Source: an uncultured Geobacteraceae bacterium
GTDB taxonomy: Bacteria > Desulfobacterota > Desulfuromonadia > Geobacterales > Pseudopelobacteraceae
Assembly: GCA_964509295.1 (NCBI GenBank)
Contig: CAZDWS010000003.1
Coordinates: 143,300-207,299 of the forward strand
Length of the DNA: 64,000 bases
Direction of reading: 5' to 3'
The position numbers and the translations under genes were made by a program. Positions within the stretch are counted from its first letter, which is position 1. Each line of letters opens with the position of its first letter. Shown piece after piece: positions 59,880 to 64,000 of this stretch. Under the pieces are notes generated by a model. The model ran no database searches. It saw nothing but the letters and a program-made list of their open reading frames with translations, and had not been told where the DNA came from.

Positions 59880-60473
59880 TTAGCGGATAATGACTTTGAC
59901 GAATTTGAAAAGATAGTCCACACCCGACCAGACCGTAAGCAGAGTTGCGATCCAGAGAAAGAACATACCGGCATTATGCATATTCACCAATAGCAGTGGG
60001 TGCTGAACTCCCAGAAACCAGTTATAGTCATAGTGCAGCAGGAGCCCAATAATTGCAACTAACTGAAAGATTGTTTTAAACTTGCCAAGGTCACTGGCGG
60101 CTATTACAATCCCCTCGCTGGAAGCAATTCCACGCAAACCTGTTATGATAATTTCACGTCCCAGAATTACCAGAACCATCCATGCCGGCACGCGGTCATA
60201 GGGCAGAATCATGATCAATGCTGCCATTACAATCAACTTATCAGCTATTGGATCAAGAAATTTACCAAACACTGTAACAATTTGCATTCTGCGAGCCAGG
60301 TAACCGTCCAGCCAGTCAGTAATTGCTGCCAGGGAAAACAATACCGCAGCCCAGAAACCGGCTTCTCTGGTTGGCGAAGTCAACAGAACTGCCAACAAAG
60401 GAATTGCCGCTATTCGCGCCATCGTTAATATATTGGGAGCATTAAAAACCGGATTATTTTCTGTCTTAGTCAT
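59880..60473 (-). CDS. pgsA: CDP-diacylglycerol--glycerol-3-phosphate 3-phosphatidyltransferase
   Basis: CDP-alcohol phosphatidyltransferase motif 'DWLDGYLARR...G...DPIADK'. Confidence 0.8.
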   Translation of the reverse strand: MTKTENNPVFNAPNILTMARIAAIPLLAVLLTSPTREAGFWAAVLFSLAAITDWLDGYLARRMQIVTVFGKFLDPIADKLIVMAALIMILPYDRVPAWMVLVILGREIIITGLRGIASSEGIVIAASDLGKFKTIFQLVAIIGLLLHYDYNWFLGVQHPLLLVNMHNAGMFFLWIATLLTVWSGVDYLFKFVKVIIR

Positions 60474-60476
60474 TTT

Positions 60477-61091
60477 TTAGTTAGCCTGATATGAGTTCAT
60501 ATATGAAAGTACTTTATTTACATAATTTCTTGTTTCAGGATAGGGTGGTATTCCACCGTATTTCGCAACCCTACTAAGGCCGGCATTATATGCAGCCAAA
60601 GCAAGCGAAACATCCCCTTTGAAAGTATCCAGAAGAAATCTAAGATATTTTACGCCACCTTCCACATTATCCTTGGGGTCAAAACTGTTGCTGACCTTAA
60701 GTGACTTGGCCGTTCCGGGCATGAGCTGCATCAATCCGCTTGCCCCTTTATGGGAAACAGCATTCGGATTATATCCGGATTCGGCATGAATTACCGCTTT
60801 TATAAGAGAGGTACTTACACCATATTTGTCAGAGCTGGTTTTTATGATATGATCATATTCAGCCGGATTTACCGAGCGAGACATTTTAAGCAAAGTCCTT
60901 AGCTGCTTATCTTTTCTAATATCCCTCATAAATATTTTAAAACGCTTATCAGTAGGCGCATCTGTAAAATGCACAATACCTTCATCATCCTCATAGCGGT
61001 AAATATCAGCCTGAGATACCGCAGGAGAATAAACAAGCATAGCCACAGCTGTCATTATCACAATATAATAATATGATGCATTTATTCGCAT
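60477..61091 (-). CDS. Lytic transglycosylase (SLT domain) with an N-terminal DUF4124 module
   Basis: 'AESGYNPNAVSHKGASGLMQLMP' SLT catalytic motif. The N-terminal 'IYRYEDDEGIVHFTD' resembles DUF4124. Confidence 0.8.
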   Translation of the reverse strand: MRINASYYYIVIMTAVAMLVYSPAVSQADIYRYEDDEGIVHFTDAPTDKRFKIFMRDIRKDKQLRTLLKMSRSVNPAEYDHIIKTSSDKYGVSTSLIKAVIHAESGYNPNAVSHKGASGLMQLMPGTAKSLKVSNSFDPKDNVEGGVKYLRFLLDTFKGDVSLALAAYNAGLSRVAKYGGIPPYPETRNYVNKVLSYMNSYQAN

Positions 61092-61249
61092 AGTATCAAA
61101 TAATCCCTAAACATCACGTTTTGTCAAGCTTATTCGTTAATAATATCCGTTTCAAAACAGCTTTAAAGGCATTATCAGGACAGTTTGAAATTGACAATTC
61201 GCCGTTCATGTTCTAAAAATAAATGCTTATTTAAGGAGGCTTATAAAAT

Positions 61250-62302
61250 ATGAGTGATCAAAGAGTAACCTATAAGGATGCCGGTGTAGATATTGAAGCT
61301 GGCAATAATTTTGTCAGCCTGATCAAGCCGTTTGTAAAATCCACCTTCCGGCCAGAAGTAATGACAGACATCGGCGGGTTTGGCGGACTATTTTCACTTA
61401 ATGCATCAAAATACAAAAACCCGGTACTGGTCTCAGGCACAGATGGTGTTGGAACAAAACTTAAAATCGCTTTCATGGCCGATTGCCATGATACAGTAGG
61501 CATTGACCTGGTTGCAATGTGCGCTAATGACATCGTAGTACAGGGCGCAGAACCACTATTTTTTCTGGACTACCTGGCAACAGGCCATCTAAAACCGGAA
61601 AAGGCAGCGTCAATAGTCAAAGGGATTGCCGAGGGCTGTCGTCAGGCGGGCTGTGCACTGATCGGCGGCGAAACTGCTGAAATGCCGGGTTTCTATGCTG
61701 ACGGTGAATACGATATCGCCGGCTTTGCAGTTGGTGCGGTTGACCGGGATCACATTATAGACGGTTCCGGAATTGCTGTTGGCAACAAATTGATTGGCAT
61801 AGCTTCCAGCGGCCTTCACAGCAACGGATACTCACTGGCTCGCAAGCTTGTTTTTGAACGTATGGGACTTAAAATTGATTCTATTTTTCCAGGAACTGGA
61901 AAAACTGTAGCCGAAGTGTTGTTGACACCAACAAAAATTTACATTCGCTCAGTGCTGAATCTGCTTAAAGACTATACTATCAATGGCATTGCCCATATTA
62001 CAGGCGGCGGTTTGCTGGAAAACATTCCCCGTGTACTTCCTCAAGGGTGTCAGGCCACACTCCATCTCCCAAGCTGGGAACGTCCAGTTATATTTGATGT
62101 AATGAGAGACGCCGGCAATGTTGAGCTGAAAGAGATGTACCGCACATTCAATATGGGTATCGGTATGGTACTGGTTGTTGCAGAGAAAGATACCGAGGAT
62201 ATGATCGACCGCCTGCATGGCCTCGGCGAACAAGCCTGGGTCATTGGCGAAATCAACAGCTGTGACAAAGGTGCAGAGTCTGTTGAGCTTTTAGAGTCAT
62301 AA
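61250..62302 (+). CDS. purM: Phosphoribosylformylglycinamidine cyclo-ligase (AIR synthetase)
   Basis: 'YKDAGVDIEAGN...GGFGGLF' canonical PurM N-terminus. 350 aa. Confidence 0.95.
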   Translation: MSDQRVTYKDAGVDIEAGNNFVSLIKPFVKSTFRPEVMTDIGGFGGLFSLNASKYKNPVLVSGTDGVGTKLKIAFMADCHDTVGIDLVAMCANDIVVQGAEPLFFLDYLATGHLKPEKAASIVKGIAEGCRQAGCALIGGETAEMPGFYADGEYDIAGFAVGAVDRDHIIDGSGIAVGNKLIGIASSGLHSNGYSLARKLVFERMGLKIDSIFPGTGKTVAEVLLTPTKIYIRSVLNLLKDYTINGIAHITGGGLLENIPRVLPQGCQATLHLPSWERPVIFDVMRDAGNVELKEMYRTFNMGIGMVLVVAEKDTEDMIDRLHGLGEQAWVIGEINSCDKGAESVELLES

Positions 62303-62923
62303 GTGGACATGGATCAACCCATAATACTTGCGGTCCTGGTTTCCGGCAACGGCTCAAATCTGCAAGCAATTATTAACCATATTGAGGCTGGAAAAATCAA
62401 TGCGCGTATAGCCTGTGTCATTTCCAACAAAAAAGATGCACCGGCTCTTCAAAAAGCGATAAAACATCAAATACCGACTGTGGTTCAGGAAAATTCCGAC
62501 TACAAAAACCGTCTGGATTACGATTTAAATCTCATCAACACTCTCAAGGGGTTTAATGTAAAACTGGTTATACTGGCTGGTTTTATGCGAATAGTATCTG
62601 AAACCATGGTTAACGCTTTTCCAAATTTGATTATGAACATTCATCCTGCGCTCCTACCCTCTTTCCCAGGGCTAAACGCTCAAAAGCAGGCTCTGGATTA
62701 TGGTGTACGCCTGAGTGGATGTACAGTTCACTTTGTTGACAACGGCACTGATACCGGTCCGATAATTCTTCAGGCAGCAGTTCCAGTGATGGAGGATGAC
62801 ACGATCGAAACATTATCGAACCGGATCCAGATTAAAGAACATCTCATTTATCCTGAGGCAATCCGGCTATTCGCAGATGGAAAATTAACTTTACAGGGCA
62901 GGCAAGTTCACATCCTGCCATAA
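62303..62923 (+). CDS. purN: Phosphoribosylglycinamide formyltransferase
   Basis: 'ILAVLVSGNGSNLQAI' and 'LAGFMRIV...NIHPALLPSFPG' PurN motifs. It starts 1 nt after the purM stop. Confidence 0.9.
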   Translation: MDMDQPIILAVLVSGNGSNLQAIINHIEAGKINARIACVISNKKDAPALQKAIKHQIPTVVQENSDYKNRLDYDLNLINTLKGFNVKLVILAGFMRIVSETMVNAFPNLIMNIHPALLPSFPGLNAQKQALDYGVRLSGCTVHFVDNGTDTGPIILQAAVPVMEDDTIETLSNRIQIKEHLIYPEAIRLFADGKLTLQGRQVHILP

Positions 62924-62928
62924 TTAGC

Positions 62929-62958
62929 TTGACACAACACATCAGTTGATGGTAATAA
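62929..62958 (+). promoter_or_regulatory. Candidate sigma-70 promoter for rpsT
   Basis: TTGACA, then a 17-18-nt spacer, then (G)TAATAA, about 50 bp upstream of the rpsT start. Confidence 0.4.
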
Positions 62959-63009
62959 ACTCTCTTCAAATCTAATAACAACGTTCACTACGTTTCATGG
63001 AGGTGCATT

Positions 63010-63273
63010 TTGGCACATCACAAGTCGGCAATTAAAAGAATCAAACAGAATGCGAAGAAGAACGCCCGTAACAGGCATGTATCATCTACGCTTAAAACAT
63101 ATATCAAGCGTGTTCGCGAGGCTGTTGAAGCCAAGGACAAGGAAGCTGCTGTAGCTGCTCTTAATGCTGCAATTCCTGTTATTGATGCTACCGCCTCCAA
63201 GGGTGTTATTCACGCTTCTAACGCCTCACGTAATGTTTCTCGTCTGACCAAACTGGTTAATACACTAGGCTAA
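63010..63273 (+). CDS. rpsT: 30S ribosomal protein S20
   Basis: '[22 protein letters not shown]...' S20 family. Probable TTG start, with a GGAGGTG RBS 5 nt upstream. Confidence 0.9.
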   Translation: MAHHKSAIKRIKQNAKKNARNRHVSSTLKTYIKRVREAVEAKDKEAAVAALNAAIPVIDATASKGVIHASNASRNVSRLTKLVNTLG

Positions 63274-63300
63274 TCAGTCCGTTTGTTTAACAAAATGAGA

Positions 63301-63334
63301 AAGGGGACTCCTGTACAGGAAGTCCCCTTTTTTC
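63301..63334. terminator. Rho-independent terminator shared by convergent rpsT and holA
   Basis: GGGGACTCCTG-ta-CAGGAAGTCCCC followed by a T6 run. Confidence 0.7.
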
Positions 63335-63356
63335 GTGTTTAATCATGTGGATTTTT

Positions 63357-64000
63357 CTATTGCCGAGCAACACCTGTACAGATAAAAAATACAAGGTTAT
63401 GCATTAATGAATATGGTTGCCCACCACCAGTCTTTGAAGCTACATCACATCGATAGAGTTCTGCAAACAGATTGCGAAGTTCGTCGCGCTTGAAGTTTTT
63501 GGCCTGCTGAAGATACTCTCCGAGGAAAAATGTATTAATCCCTACTTCCCTGCTGATATCAGCCTGGGCCGACTTCTTTTCCACCATCTCTCTGACTCGC
63601 CACAACTGCCTGAAATGCCTTGCAAGAGCACCAAGCATCATCGGAGCGTCCTCGCCATTCAGGAAAAGCGCATCAAGGCTCTTAAGGGCATTCTGAAGAT
63701 CTTTGTTACCCAGAAACCTGGCCAACTCAAATACGGTAAATGCCTTGCTGCTACTGGCTATCTCACGCACATCTTCAACCGTTATTTTCGGACGGTTCCC
63801 AGCATAAACTGACAGTTTTTCAAGTTGGGAGGATAATTCCTGAAGGTTATTACCGATAAGAAACGATAGTAAATCTGCTGCAGCAGAATCAATAGGCTTT
63901 CCAAGAATTTTTGCTTCTGCAACGATAAAACCAGACAGCTTGTTATCATAGAGACGCTTATATTCGACTAAAGCACCCTGCTTTTTCAATTCCAGAAATA
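63357..64000 (-). CDS. holA: DNA polymerase III delta subunit (C-terminal part; the gene continues past the window end)
   Basis: The C-terminal helical domain is typical of HolA. The ORF stays open to the window edge. Confidence 0.7.
   Translation of the reverse strand, partial: FLELKKQGALVEYKRLYDNKLSGFIVAEAKILGKPIDSAAADLLSFLIGNNLQELSSQLEKLSVYAGNRPKITVEDVREIASSSKAFTVFELARFLGNKDLQNALKSLDALFLNGEDAPMMLGALARHFRQLWRVREMVEKKSAQADISREVGINTFFLGEYLQQAKNFKRDELRNLFAELYRCDVASKTGGGQPYSLMHNLVFFICTGVARQ

Overview
The window is a 64 kb chromosomal segment that is mostly densely packed, largely co-linear housekeeping and signalling genes. It is probably from a Desulfobacterota (deltaproteobacterial) genome; the support is circumstantial: a PilR-like sigma-54 activator next to a sigma-54-driven type IV pilin, HrpB, many REC/GAF/GGDEF/EAL regulators, and roughly 45% GC. 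No rRNA or tRNA genes, CRISPR arrays, or recognisable transposases or integrases are visible.

The content, in order:
- The 3' end-truncated type IVa pilin gene (pilA-like) with a near-consensus sigma-54 promoter and three evenly spaced enhancer half-sites, immediately downstream of a PilR-like NtrC-family activator.
- A MacAB-type ABC efflux operon.
- eno, pgi and a complete oxidative pentose-phosphate operon (gnd-zwf-pgl), fbp, hisS, and hrpB.
- An M42 peptidase, oligoendopeptidase F, and ComEC.
- Several two-component and c-di-GMP proteins.
- mutM, rnc, Ppx/GppA, a Na/Pi cotransporter, IHF/HU, metY, tsaC, and plsY.
- infA-efp-epmA with epmB convergent.
- pgsA, an SLT transglycosylase, purM-purN, rpsT, and the 3' part of holA.

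Regions worth a second look:
- An 840-aa SPFH/flotillin-like protein carrying five perfect-period (222 bp, 74 aa) tandem repeats of the SPFH N-terminal beta-module, co-transcribed with a HEAT-repeat lipoprotein.
- A five-gene, start/stop-overlapping operon: queD-like, queE-like, a creatininase-family gene, a 133-aa unknown, and a RumA-type TRAM methyltransferase.
- A low-GC three-gene module: a pseudo-receiver LuxR regulator, a Cys-rich 149-aa unknown, and a periplasmic single-Cache protein.
- A 423-aa protein of unknown function next to a 15-bp-arm perfect palindrome.
- A tiny acidic Cys4 protein translationally coupled to fbp.
- A 17-bp perfect stem-loop between efp and epmA.

All calls rest on reading the six-frame translations and the DNA by eye. 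No database searches were run.
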